The notes under the pieces were generated by a model. That model searched no databases. It was given only the letters and a program-made list of their open reading frames with translations, and had not been told where the DNA came from. From assembly GCF_009914755.1 (NCBI RefSeq), contig NC_060939.1: DNA of 64,000 nt. One strand, written 5' to 3'. A program made the translations under genes and the position numbers. How positions within the stretch are numbered: the first letter of the stretch is position 1; every line of letters starts with the position of its first letter. Below are positions 48,467-64,000 of this stretch, piece by piece. The stretch comes from the human T2T-CHM13v2.0 reference genome, Homo sapiens.

Positions 48467-48705
48467 AATGGCTCTTAACTGGGGAGAGGGAGCAATTTTT
48501 GCTGCCAAAGGACATCTGGCAATGTCTAAAGACATTTTTGGTTGTCACGGGGGCAGGGAGGAGGGGAGGGGCGCGGGTGTGCTACTATATCTAGTGGGTG
48601 GAGGCCAGGAATGCTGCTTAACATCCTAACACACAGGACATACTCCCCGTGACAAGGAATTAGCTAGCCCAAAATGTCAATAGTGCCAAAGTTGAATAAA
48701 CCTGT
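48467..48705 (+). mobile_element. MER20 hAT MITE
   Basis: ggacatctggcaatgtctaaagacatttttggttgtcac...gcccaaaatgtcaatagtgccaaagttga. Confidence 0.88.
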
Positions 48706-50814
48706 TCAAAAGCAACACATTTCTATTCCCTCTTCCATAGTAACTGTTAATAAACATTAGTTCCATTTTCTACTATTTCTGTTCTACAATAGAGGCTTTA
48801 AAATATCTTAAGAAATATAACACCATTTTAATAATTTGGCAAGTAGAAGTAAAGATACCATGAATCCTGAGATTTCACTTTCAAAAATGTATAAGCTACA
48901 TTTATTTTACAATATAACTTTTAGGAACAAAGTTGTCTTCTCCTTCTGACACTGTTCTCAAAAACTGTGCTAAAAGCTTTGAGTGATGTTTGATTACTCC
49001 TTTTATGGTCCTTATAGCAGTTAGTTACCACATTCTGCCAGTTGTTTCCATGTGAATGCCTCACATTTCAATGGATCTTTTTCTATTACCAATGTATTAT
49101 CTGAAACATTTTACTAACTGGTTTTTCTGAAGCTCAATGTCCATGTCTCCTTCCCTCCCAAGCTATCCCTACCCATTAATACTGTACTTTTCACCTGCTC
49201 AAAAGTCCATATGGTTGCCTGTAACATACCAAATAAGAACCTAATTCCTAAAGCTTGACATTCAAATCCTTTTTTCAACTAGCTACAATCCACTTTTCCA
49301 ACTCTTTTTTCCACTGCTCTCCCTCAGGAGTAGCCTTTTTTAGCAAAATGACTTATTCTGAGATACACAAACAACCTTTCCAGATCAGAGACATCAAAAG
49401 CCATTCAGGCTTCACTGAGACAAAAGATATGCATTCAACTCAGAATAACAGTAAGGAATCAACTTATGATCTAGCCATGTTCTTTAAATATGAGAGATAA
49501 CCCCGTTGGCTCATGCCACTGTCCTTATTTATAACAGCCCCTATTTGCCTTTCTACTTCTCTGAACTCCTTATCCTTCAAATCTACAATCTTTTCCAAAA
49601 CCCAAACACAGAGTCACCTCAGTCACCACTACCTGCCCTTCTCCTACCCCACCCAATGCCTGTGGCTTTCAGGTTATTTATTTTGCAATAAACTTGTTAT
49701 CTCAATTTTACTGGTTCTCTTTTAGATTCAGACAGCTGAGATTATGATAGATTCATTAGTAAGCTGAATGGGGAAGAAAAGGATATTTACATTCCCAGGC
49801 CAATTTTCAATGCTTTTTGGAAGATTCTGTTAAATTCACAATTTCCAGAACTGGCAAGGAATAAGTAAATATATACACTCATATATTACTGGTAAGAGTA
49901 TAAATTGGTATAATTATCCTACAGAGATATCTGCCAACATTGAAAGTCTTTAAAATCTGTATACCCTTTGGCCTAGGAATTCAACTTGAAAATTTATCAT
50001 GAGTAAATTATAAAATGTACAAAGTTTTAACTATAAAGACACTCATCTCTGCATTGTTTCTAACTCTCAAAGATTGAGGGGGAGGGGAAAATCCCTTGTC
50101 CAATAAAAAAAGACTATTCCATGAATCATTTATTTAAGTAATGTAATACTCTGCAACTACTAAAATCCTATAGTATCATGGTTATTGACATGTAACTCTT
50201 TTAACGGCTTTCTTTCCTAAGCTAAAAAAAAATACAAACATGATTCCACATAATGTATTTCAAATATTGGTATATATTTTTCAACTTTTCTATATTTTCT
50301 ACACATCTATATATAATTTGTGTGTGTGTGTGTGTATGCATGCATGTAAATAAAATATACCTCTAAGTCTTTGTAACCTTAAGATGGTGGGGCAAAATAT
50401 TTTTATTTTCTGTTGTTGATTATTTAAAATTTAGCTATATTAAATGTTTTCTGATTTAGTAAACATACATAAGGCCTATTTATAGTTGAATGGCAGTCTT
50501 ACAAAACCTAAGCAACCTTGGTTTACTCTATCTGTGGGAAAAGCATTTTTAGTAGAATGCTTGTGCATCTTCCTACATTCCTGTAATCAAACAGTATTTA
50601 TCATCAACTATGTTGGTGACTCTCACTTTGACATAGGCTGAACCAGAAATCCTAGGAAAAACTGATGACAGAAAGCTAAGGGGAAGGATAGGAAGCTGGG
50701 AAACCCTGGGAAAGGAGGGATTATATTACACATGTTATGGGAACTAGTTTGTATGTGCGGGGCACAGAGCATACACTTAGATAAGAAGGGGGTCATAAAA
50801 CCAGAAAGGCAATA

Positions 50815-51035
50815 AATAGAATGTTATGAGCATGAACTCTAGATGCAAACTGTTCAGGTTCAATCCCACCTCTGCTTCTTACTACATTTATTACCTTAAG
50901 CAAGTCACTTAACTTCTCCCTGCCATTTCTGCCACATCTGTATAATGGGGATAACAGACCCTACCTTAGAGGGTTGTTACGCTAATGAATTCTGAGAATA
51001 GTCCCTGGTACTACAGTTAAGTGCTCATTAGTGGT
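50815..51035 (+). mobile_element. MIR
   Basis: ggttcaatcccacctctgc...accttaagcaagtcacttaacttctc...catctgtataatggggataa. Confidence 0.8.
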
Positions 51036-51399
51036 CCACACTCATCATCGTCATTACTCCCATTACTAAGACGTGAAGCGTTGTGCTGCTAGGACGGGAG
51101 CAGCAACTTTTCAACACCAATCACTTTTTTAGATGGCCTCCTTTCTAGCCTTGTTAGTTGCCCAAATTCTGAAAAAAACAAGAACTAAGACTCTAGAAAG
51201 AGATCCGAGAGGCAGACGTGTGTCTGTGTGTGTTTGTGTGTGTGTGTAGGTGCATGTGCATGTAAACGAAGGAGGAATCAGGATTAATGCCAAGAATGAG
51301 AATCAAATCTGTATAAGCAGTTCAGAAAAGGGACATCATGAGTCGCTCTTCTCAGTGCTGCCCCAAGGGTTCCACAGTTTGTTCCTTCCATCATTCACT

Positions 51400-52670
51400 T
51401 GGATAAAACCTTGCAATGTCTCTCCATGGCCTTCAGAGTTAAATCAAAACTATTCCTTGGAATGACTTAAAACCCATACTACCTCTAAAGCCTCATCTCT
51501 TGACTCTCTCGCACCAAGCTCACTGAGCTTCCAGCCCTACGAAATTTCTTCAGTAACAAACTCTCACATCTCAGAGCCTTTGCACATGCCGCTCCCTCTG
51601 CCTGAAAAGTAACCTCTACCTCCTCCAATAGCAAACTGCTACTCAACCTTCAAAACACAGCTCAAGGATAACTCCAGAGCTCTTTCCTGATTTCAAGCTA
51701 AATGCCTCTGCTATATTATCCCCCATGTGCATAACACCACCACTACCACCACCACCACCATCACCACTAAAACCACGACCACCACCACCACCACTACCAG
51801 CACCACCACCACCATCACCACTACCACTACCACCACCACCACCATTATCACCACTACCACCACTACCATCACCAGCACCATCACCACCACCACCACCACC
51901 ACCACTACCATCACCACCACCACCATCACCACCACCACCACCATCACCACCATCACCACCACCACCATCACCACCACCACCACCATCACCACCACCACCA
52001 CCATCACCACCACCACCACCATCACCATCACCATCACAATCACCACCACCACCACTACCACCACCATCACCACCATCACCATCACAATCACCACCACCAC
52101 TACCACCACCATCACCACCATCACCATCATCACCACCACCACTACCACCACCACTACCACCACCACTACCACCACCACCAACACCACCATCACCATCATC
52201 ACCACCACCACCACCATCACCACCACCACCACCATCACCATCACCATCACAATCACCACCACCACCACTACCACCACCATCACCACCATCACCATCACAA
52301 TCACCACCACCACTACCACCACCATCACCACCATCACCATCACCACCACCACCACCATCACCACCACCACCATCACCACTACCACCACCACCAACACCAC
52401 CATCACCATCATCACCACCACCACCACCATCACCACCACCACCATCACCACTACCACCACCACCAACACCACCATCACCACTGCCACCACCACCACCATC
52501 ACCACCATCACCACCATCACCACTACCACCACCACCACCACCATCACCACCACCACCATCACCACCACACTGCACTGATCCACCACTAGCCAATGACTTC
52601 TTTAGAGATCTTGTCTTTGGGTATTTCCAGATACTGTCCTATACAGTAACAGATACATTAAAAATAATAA
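51400..52670. mobile_element. L2 fragment split by the (CAC)n tract
   Basis: L2-like ctcagagcctttgcacatgccgctccctctgcctg on the left; cacactgcactg...ccactagccaatgacttcttt on the right. Confidence 0.55.
51735..52568. repeat. Long interrupted (CAC/CAT/TAC)n = (GGT/GAT)n trinucleotide tract, ~830 bp, with higher-order 213/72/48-bp duplications
   Basis: Directly visible; triplet phase unbroken, giving four overlapping homopolymer ORFs. Confidence 0.98.
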
Positions 52671-52689
52671 TTTTAAAAATTTATTAATC

Positions 52690-53410
52690 ACAGCTGGAAA
52701 ATACAGTGAACCTACTGACTACACTGGAAACGGGTAAAGAAAGGTAAACAAGCAAACATTTATTCTGCCTTTCTCATATGAACAGTTACACTGGGCAACC
52801 AAGTAAGAGGTGATGGAAACTTTTCTTTTTATAAAACAATATTCCAGATAAAATGAAGGAGTAACACAACTAGAACATTATCATTTTACAACCCTTAATG
52901 AATCAACGGATCTAGGCATTAGTCTCCAACAGTTGCTAGTGTCACAAAAAGAGACAATCACATTTTGTGCCTCCTGATGAAAGAATGCACAACTACGAAG
53001 CAGTCTTGTAAAATAAGACTGAACCTGACTCTGACCAAGCCTCTGGCTCCAACTACTCATTTGGAAATACAGAAAACAGAGAAACATCAGGGATAAACCT
53101 GGTATTGAATCTCAGGAATCAGCAAAATCCTGACTACGGGAACTCTACAGAGCAAATAACCCATTTCTTTAACAAATAAATTGCGAGAATAAAAAGGAAG
53201 GTGGTAACCTACATATTAAGAGACTTAATCGCAATATGTAAGCCTTATTCAAATACTTTTAAAAACTGAGACATGTTTACCTGAACATAGAATATTTGAT
53301 GATATTATGGATTTAACTGTCAATTTTTTTTTTTAAGTACGATGGTGGTATTAGGTTTTTCTTAAGCCTTCACTTTTTAGAACTACATTCTCTAATATTT
53401 ATAAATGATA
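52690..53410 (+). mobile_element. L1MC-type 3' UTR fragment
   Basis: tttattctgcctttctcatatgaac, taatgaatcaacggatctaggcatt and aatatttgatgatatta motifs. Confidence 0.6.
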
Positions 53411-53425
53411 TCACATTATGCCTGA

Positions 53426-53740
53426 GGCCAGGTGCAGTGGCTCATGCCTGTAATCCCAGCACTTTGGGAGGCTGAGGTGGGTGAACCACCTGAGGTCAGG
53501 AGTTCAAGACCAGCCTGGCCAACACAGTGAAACCCCAACTCTACTAAAAATACAAAAATTAGCCTGGCGTGGTAGCACTCACCTATAATCCCAGCTACTT
53601 GGGAGGCTGAGGGAGGAGAAGTGCTTGAACCTGAGAGGTGAGGTTGCAGTGAGCTGAGATCACACCACTGCACTCCAGCCCGGGCGACAGAATGAGACTC
53701 CATCTCAAAAAAAATTAATAAAAATAAAAATAAATAAAAG
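53426..53740 (+). mobile_element. AluSx-like
   Basis: Full dimer. Confidence 0.95.
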
Positions 53741-54049
53741 CACAGACCCTACAGAAAAGACTGCCTGGGTTCAAATCCTGTGTCCATGACTCACTCTGAG
53801 CCTTAGCTTCCTCAGCAGTTAAAAAAGAAAAAAAAAAAAGGACAATAATAGTCTTTACTTCAGAGGACTTTTGTAAGAATTAAGTGAGTTAAGATGGTTA
53901 TAACATATAGTTCTCCCAAAACAGTGCTTCATAGAAGTTTTCATTATCATCCCCCTTCCCACTTTACAGAAAGAAACACGGACCTGGAGAGGTGAAAAGT
54001 GACTTGCTTAATGACTTGAAAACCACCTTCCAGGAACTGTGCTTAGCAC

Positions 54050-54330
54050 TGGTGGCAAAAACTGGCTATTTACCAAAGTGTTTCCTTCTCCTCCTGGCAT
54101 ATGGCTAAACTACATTTCCCAGCTTCCCTTTCACATGACTGGTCTGGACAATGAAATGTGGGCAAAAGTGAAAGATGCCTCTGTACTACTCTCAGGCCTT
54201 GTCCCCAAACCTCCCATGCAATCCCTCACCACTTCTCACCCTCATTTGCCAGGTGGATATCAATGCCTAGGGCAACAGAGAAAAGATTAGCCTGAGTCCC
54301 AGTATGACTTAACTGTTACTGTGTTACTCT
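54050..54330 (+). mobile_element. MLT1 (I/J-like) LTR fragment
   Basis: ctaaactacatttcccagcttccctt...caatgaaatgtgggcaaaagtga. Confidence 0.6.
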
Positions 54331-55066
54331 TGAAATTTCGGCCACCATAAAGTCAGTAAGAATATTTTTTATGGACTCATCACAACAATCATTATTCCTA
54401 TTCAACAGTTGGGGAAACTGAAGTATAAAGAAGTCATGGTCAATTATTCAATGGTAGATCCAGAACTTGAACCAGCACTGGCTTAATACAGAGCTCAGGA
54501 TCTTAAGTGACTTCCAAGATCATAAGACCAGTAAGGGCACCAAGATTTCTAACTTAGAGTAGATACATTTTATATAGAATTTGGTTAAGTATTCCTTAAA
54601 ATATCACTTTAATATGCCACAAGAATAACCACAGAATAGTGTTACTTTAAAGTAAAAAGATACAAATAGAAGCCCAAAATGTTAAGTGGGGTTTTACAAT
54701 CAAGAAGACACACCAGAATAAGATATTTTTAAAATACCATGTACGTTAAAGAGATCATACTTCCTTACCCTAATAAATAGCCATGTAGTACAAGTTTTAA
54801 CTTTTTAATTAAAAAAATTATTAAAAATATTAAATATACAACTTCTATTTGGTTTTACCTGAGCCATTCCTTTATACTGGCAGTTACATAATGTGATTTC
54901 AGTTATATATGTAGTTATTGGTAATTTTTCAAAAATAGAATATAATGAAAACTTCATTTCAATCATTACTGAACTGCACCTACATTAATCATGATATACC
55001 TAAGAAAAGATGTATAACATATACTAGTATGCCAAAAAAAAGTAAGTTACAAAACAGTATTTATAG

Positions 55067-55389
<323 letters not shown>

Positions 55390-55806
55390 TAATTTCATTT
55401 GTTTTCAAAGAACATATATGCCTATGTCTGTATTTTTTTTCTACGTACATACATGTCTTATCTAAAAACCAAAAACATCTGGAAAAATATACAAAAAAAA
55501 GTTTCCAGTGATGACTCTGGGGAGTAAAACTGAACTTGTGATGTATACCTTTTGTTAGAATTTGAATTTATGAAAAGCACATATACCTTTAGAATAAAAA
55601 ATATTTAAAATAAAGCTCTATCATTTACAGTAATGCAAAGCGATCCAACTCTCAAATTCCCACATAATCATGTTATGTAGTGAAGCTTTCTAGGCTGGGG
55701 GAAAAGATGTAACCCCTTATAATGAATATATAAATATATATAATTTCATCAATTTCATTCATTATGGGTATACATTTATACATCTATTTACAAGTAAGTC
55801 TGTTTA

Positions 55807-57305
<1,499 letters not shown>

Positions 57306-57417
57306 TGAACTTTTTTTAAACTAGCAGGGGTTATGTGAATAGTGGGATTACAGATATTTTCTTCATTATGCTGGTCCATATTTAAATCCTCTCCCCCTCA
57401 CAAAAAAAGTAAAGATA

Positions 57418-57775
57418 TACAGCCATAAAAAAGAAAGGAATCATGTCCTTCGCAGCAACATGGATGGAGCTGGAGGCTACATTCTTTTTCATCCTTTGTC
57501 CTAAAAGAAGTAACTCAGAACCAGAAAATCAAATACCACATGGTCTCATTTCTAAGTGGGAGCTAAAAAATGAGTACATGTGAACATAAAGATGGAAGTA
57601 ATAGACTAGAGATTCCAAAAGAGAAGGTAGAAGAGGAGGTACACAGGTTGAAAACTACCTATTGGGTACTAGGATCACTTTGGATGATGGCTGTGCTAGC
57701 AGGCCAAACCTCGGCATTACATAATCTAGCCATGTAACGAACCTGCATGTGTACCCCCGAATCTAAAATAAAATA
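57418..57775 (+). mobile_element. L1PB/old L1PA 3' end
   Basis: cagccataaaaaagaaaggaatcatgtccttcgcagcaacatggatggagctggaggc...acctgcatgtgtacccccgaatctaaaataaaa. Confidence 0.88.
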
Positions 57776-58422
57776 TTTTTTTAAAAAAATGGTAAAGAAA
57801 AAAAGTATTAAATGACATAACTAAATATTCTAGACATCATTCTACCATATGTTGTCCAAGAAAAACCACATTTTACCTTACTGTTTATCATTTGAAATAA
57901 AATATTATGTTAAGATATTTTAAATTTTTACCAGTTCCACAAAGGAACTGGGAAGTAGAAACTGAAGAACACTTTGTTAAACAAGTCCTTGGGGATTAAA
58001 GAAGTAATAGCTATGAAGTATACAACAGTGTGACGAGTGAATCCTCCTCATATTGGGGTTAAAATGGTCATTATAGCTACTGCGTACCACAAATCCAATC
58101 AAGTTAGGTATTTTGTACACATTATCATTTAATTCTCATTACAACCCATCACAATAGATGTTAATTAGTATGTCCCCTATTTTTCGAATAAGGAAATTCA
58201 AGATCAAAGAGATTAAATGGCCAAGGTCATACAACTAAGAAGTGAAAGTGCTGAGACTCAAACCTAAGTTCATGTCTTAAATCCCATGCTGTTTGATATT
58301 AAGGACCACTTGTGTTTAACAAATATTAAACACCTGCTACACACACACACTGTGCCACATGTATAAGATAGAGCCATGACCCAAGAAACAAAGTCACTAT
58401 TCTCAAAAAACTTAGAATCTCT

Positions 58423-59352
58423 GCCAGGAGCAGCGGCTCACGCCTGTAATCCCAGCACTTTGGGAGGCTGAGGCAGATGGATCACGAGGTCAGGAGTTCA
58501 AGACCAGCCTGGCTAAGATGGTGAAACCCCATCTCTACTAAAACTACAAAAATTAGCCAGGCGTGGTGGCAGGCGCCTGTAATCCCAGCTACTTGGGAGG
58601 CTGAGGCAGAGAATTGCTTGAACCAGGGAGGCGGAGGCTGCAGTGAGCCAAGATCGCACCACTGCACTCCAGCCTGGGTGACAGAGTGAGATTGTCTCCA
58701 AAAAAAAAAAAAAAAAAGCCTTAGCATCTCGTCTTTAACATTCTGTTGCATGTATGTTTTTCCTAGGATTTTGTTGTTTGTTTTTTCTTTGCTTTTTGTT
58801 TTTGAGACAGAGTCTCGCTCTGTCACCCAGGCTGAAGTGCACTGACTGGTGCCATCTCAGCTCACTGCAACCTCCGCCTCCGGGTGCAAGCCATTCTCCC
58901 GCCTCAGCCTCCCAAGTAGCTGAGATTATGGTGCCTGCCACCATGCCTAGCTAATTTTTGTATTTTTAGTAGAGACAGGGTTTTGCCATGTTGAACAGGC
59001 TGGTCTCGAACTCCTGACCTTAGGTAATCTGCCTGCCTCGGCCTCCCAAAGCAATGAGATTACAGACATGAGCCACCGCGTGCCCGGCCTTTTTTTTTTT
59101 TTTTTTTTTGACACAGAGTCTCTGGCACACAGGCTGGAGTGCAGTGACACAGCTCACTGCAACCTCTGCCTCCCAGGTTCAAGCAATTCTCCTACCTCAG
59201 TCTCCTGAGTAGCTGGGATTACAGGCACACACCACCACACTGGGCTAATTTTTGTATTTTTAGTTGATAACTGGGTTTCACTATATTCACCAGGCTGGTG
59301 TCGGCCTCAGCCCCCCAAAGTGCTGGGATTACAGGCGTGAGCCACTAGGTCC
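58423..59352. mobile_element. Alu cluster (+58423-58717; -58770-59088; -59089-59352)
   Basis: Alu consensus motifs. Confidence 0.93.
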
Positions 59353-59532
59353 GTTCTTGTTTTTCCTGTCTTTGTAACTAGACTTTAAAGCTCCTCAAAA
59401 GAGCTGGAGTATAAATGAAAATACAAAGAGCTTTGAGTCTCAGATCTGGAAAAAGTCTAGCTTTATCATATACATACATAAATTTAAATGCTGGATTCCT
59501 CACCAGTAAAAGGGTCTTGGATTAAGTGGTAT

Positions 59533-59660
59533 AAAGTAGTCCTGTGCTTATCCATAGGAAATACATTTCAACCCCATACTCCACCCCTGCCTGGCTCCCA
59601 TAAATGCCTGAAACCACGGATGCTACAAAGCCCTATATACACTATGTGTTATATTTTTCT
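59533..59660. mobile_element. MER44/Tigger7-type end fragment
   Basis: agtagtcctgtgcttatcc...atgcctgaaaccacggatgctacaaagccctatatacactatg. Confidence 0.6.
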
Positions 59661-60444
59661 TTGCCTCCAATGAATTCCCTCTCTTGGCAATGCCTTATAA
59701 GTTACCGTGCAAAAAAATATAAATGTATCTCATTTATCTGTTCTCCCCTACCCCCCACAATGCTATCTACCTCTCATAGGACTAAGCATTGGAAAGGCCT
59801 TAGTGCAGCCACCACCTAACCATAGAAATGATCCAAACTCACATACTACTACTTCTTTATTCTTCAGTAAAGTTCTCCAAACTAAAATGAAATATGTAGT
59901 TTGAAAATATGTAGTAAAAATACGGCTTTTTAAATATATCCTCTGTGCTATTTCATAGCCACTTCACAGTGACCCTACTTCTCCATTTATAACTCACCCA
60001 GTTAGTTATTAGTAAACAACTCTTAATCAAAATTAAAAATGAAGGGCTATGGAACTGTTCTCATATCCCATTAAGTGTCTTAAAGGCACTGTGCTCAGCA
60101 TTCCACATGCATTATCTTATTGAAAGCGCAGTGTTTAATGAACTTGCCTAAAGCCACATCAGAACCACCAGGAAGCACAATTTCATTGTATTTTGTGTGA
60201 ATGCCCTCCCCAGCACAAGAACGGAGCTGTACAATGAAGTGGTCTGGGTCACACAGCTAATTAAGTAATGGAGTTAAGGCTCAAAAACTTCAGTGTCTGA
60301 TGAGAAAGCTCACACTCAAAACCTCCAAAAAACACTGCTTTGCATCACTGAAATTAAAGAATAAGAATACAATATAAATAGAATAAAATGAGAATTCCTT
60401 GTTATATAATAAGCCAGTTTATCAGCTTTCTTTGGTGAAGGAAG

Positions 60445-60646
60445 AAAGGGCAACATAGTGGTATCTTGTCTCTACTAGAAATTTAAACTTTAGCCGGGTG
60501 TGGTGGTATGCACTTGTAGTCCCAGCTACTGTGGAGGCTGAGTAGAGGGAGGATCACTTGAGCCAGGGAGGCTGAGGCTGCAAGGAGCCATGATTGCATC
60601 ACTGCACTCCAGCCTGGGTGACAGAGTGAGATCCTACCTCAAAAAA

Positions 60647-60685
<39 letters not shown>

Positions 60686-60700
60686 ATATAAGAATAAAAA
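60445..60700 (+). mobile_element. Partial AluJ with (TAAA)n tail
   Basis: (taaa)~10 at 60646-60686. Confidence 0.88.
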
Positions 60701-61259
60701 TCGCCTCTGGCAAAACTGCACATATAGAGGCACAGTGTGTTTTTTTCCACCACCCCAATGCTACCTCTATAACTCACACATGATAGTTTTATAAAGATAA
60801 CTACCTGGCATTCAGGTTAAAATCGCAACAGCACCCAGAATAGGAAAAACTATAAATTATGCATTGGACTCTGCAATCACCAGCCCCTACTTGTAAATTT
60901 CAATGGAGATTCACTTTATTTCAAAATTAGAAAACTGATCTCAGAGTTTAAAACCTCATTTACAGCTTCAAAATATTTAGAATCTAGAATTATATAACAA
61001 ATACTTATTTTCTTAGCATGCAAAAATTATTTACAAATCATTTAAAAAGGATGATCAACTTAACAGAAAAATGGGCAATGACAAATAGACTATTAGTTAC
61101 CTAACCAATAGCCACTCCCCACTCACAACCTGTTCCTTACAGAGTTCACCTCCCACTATCATGGCTGAAAGGAACATCCTTGCTCTCTCACCCTCACTTG
61201 TACCTAGGACATGGATGGATACCAGTCACGGTTGATGGGATTTAAGAAAAAAATCTGTT

Positions 61260-61545
61260 GGCCGAGCGCAGTGGCTCATGCCTGTAATCCCAACACTTTC
61301 GGAGGCTGAAGCAGGCAGATCACCTGCCTGTTCCAATACGGAGAAACCCTGTCTCTACTAAAAACACAAAATTAGCCGGGCATGGTGGTGCACACCTGTA
61401 ATCCCAGCTACTCGGGAGGTTGAGGCAGGAGAATCGCTCGAACCTGGGAGGCAGAGGATGCGGTGCAGTGAGCCGAGATCGTGCCATTGCACTCCAGCCT
61501 GGGCAACAAGAAGCAAAACTCCGTCTCAAAAAAAGAAAAAAAAAT
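61260..61545 (+). mobile_element. AluS with internal deletion in the left arm
   Basis: gatcacctg joins directly to cctgttccaatacggagaaaccc. Confidence 0.9.
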
Positions 61546-61659
61546 CTGCTAAGGGCTTCCAGGAAAGGTTTTTAATTCCAAATAAAATAGATGTGCATGA
61601 ACAAATATACTTCATCTTTACTGGTCATTGAACCTGGTGTGAACTACGAATCCTCTTTT

Positions 61660-62445
61660 TCTCACATGCCACATCCCTCAACAAATCTTTTGGGCTCTGC
61701 CTCAACATATGCAGAATTACTTCAACATTTCTCTGATGCCTATCATGCTTCAAATCATCTGTCACCCTGCTAATATTATCTTAACTAACATGCCTGCTTC
61801 TTCCTTGATCTCCTTCATTCTAGTCTCAACACAGCAGCCAGCATGAGAGTTGGAGAGTCTTGGTCAGATAAAGCCAGTCCTCCACTCAAAAGCCCCCAAA
61901 GGACTCTCATCTAATCCAGAGTAAAAGTCAAAAGATCTCACAATGGTCTACAAGGCCCTGCACAATCTGACTCCCCACGCTACTTCTCTTATGATGTTTT
62001 CTCCATAACTCAGCTCCTGCCACACTGGCCCTTTCAGTTCTATGAACATGCTAAGCACATTCCTGCCTCAGGGCTTTTGCATTCACTGTTCCCTGCATCA
62101 GCAATACTCTTTCCCCAAATGTCTGCCTTTGCATTCTTATTTCCTTTAAGATTCTATTCAAACATCAGCTCACTGAGGCCTTCTCTGATGGCCCCACTTA
62201 AAATAATCCAACCCAGCCCTTCCCGTCCCTTCCATGGCTTTATTTTTTTCCATAAAACTTAACGTCTTCTGACAACCTATAAATTCTACCTATTTGTTTG
62301 ACTGTCTTCTCCCTTATCCCCACTAAAATATCAGCTCCGTGAAGGAAGGCAATGAACTTTGTTTTGCTCACTGCTGTATTTCCTGTGCTTATAGAATATT
62401 GCCTAATACATTGTAGGTGCTAAATGATTATTTAAGTGAATTAAT
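61660..62445. mobile_element. L2 fragment
   Basis: ctacaaggccctgcacaatctg, attcctgcctcagggcttttgca and tttgttttgctcactgctgtatttcc. Confidence 0.8.
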
Positions 62446-62814
62446 TTAGCAACTATCAACAACAAGCTGAGTATAAAACAGCAGGAAAATGAAAACCATC
62501 TAGGTACGTGACAATTTAATTGAGCCATTGAATTACACCTGGACTTCTAGTCATGTGAGGTAAATTTTATTTATAGTTTAAGCCATTTTTAATTAAAATT
62601 TTTGTTATTTGAAGCTGCAAAGTACCCAAAATAGGGTACTGGTAGGCAGTTTGCAAAAAAAAAGTGACAAATATAATCAATTTAACTCAATCATAAGGCA
62701 TGCAAATTAAAATAACCATGAAATAATGTCACTCAAGAAAAAATAAGTTTGGTACATGTATAATCCCACTTAATATGACTCACTACATTAGTAGCATTAA
62801 AAAAAATTTAAGGG

Positions 62815-64000
<1,186 letters not shown>

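Noticed and set aside
51735-52568. (CAC)n tract as the duplicon junction or a CRISPR-like array
   Set aside because: L2-like sequence appears to continue across it, there is no repeat-spacer structure, and the DNA is primate.
51643-52687. Four long ORFs (poly-Gly, poly-Val, extensin-like poly-Pro, mucin-like poly-Thr)
   Set aside because: By-products of a stop-free trinucleotide tract; no splice or promoter context and no non-repetitive domain.

Overview
Human (hominid) genomic DNA, AT-rich and Alu-dense, carrying a duplicated and rearranged fragment of KMT2C (MLL3) on the minus strand, i.e. a BAGE-family / KMT2C-pseudogene locus rather than KMT2C itself. Four KMT2C-derived exons are present with the expected lengths: exon 7 (24345-24507, 163 bp), exon 8 (15640-15811, 172 bp), exon 9 (13671-13785, 115 bp) and exon 14 (4906-5624, 719 bp). 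I cannot find exons 10-13 or exon 6, and the exon-14 acceptor reads AA instead of AG. The exons carry many paralog-specific substitutions (e.g. L291F, T316S, N729D, S772L, G838S relative to KMT2C as I recall it). Exons 7-8 read in the +1 frame give the C-terminal 70 aa of a BAGE2/3-type cancer-testis antigen ([10 protein letters not shown]...CATARETS*); the BAGE 5' exons are not in the window. The rest is intronic: about 40 Alus, old L1/L2/MIR pieces, MaLR LTRs, a Charlie1-Cheshire-Tigger1 DNA-transposon block, several MITEs, a perfect 44-bp palindrome and an ~830-bp (CAC/CAT/TAC)n tract with 213/72/48-bp higher-order structure. I found no convincing wholly new biological system; the best leads are the dual-frame exons, the paralog variant fingerprint, the splice/deletion lesions and the structured trinucleotide repeat. 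KMT2C/BAGE reference comparisons and repeat family names are from memory and need alignment; repeat boundaries are approximate.
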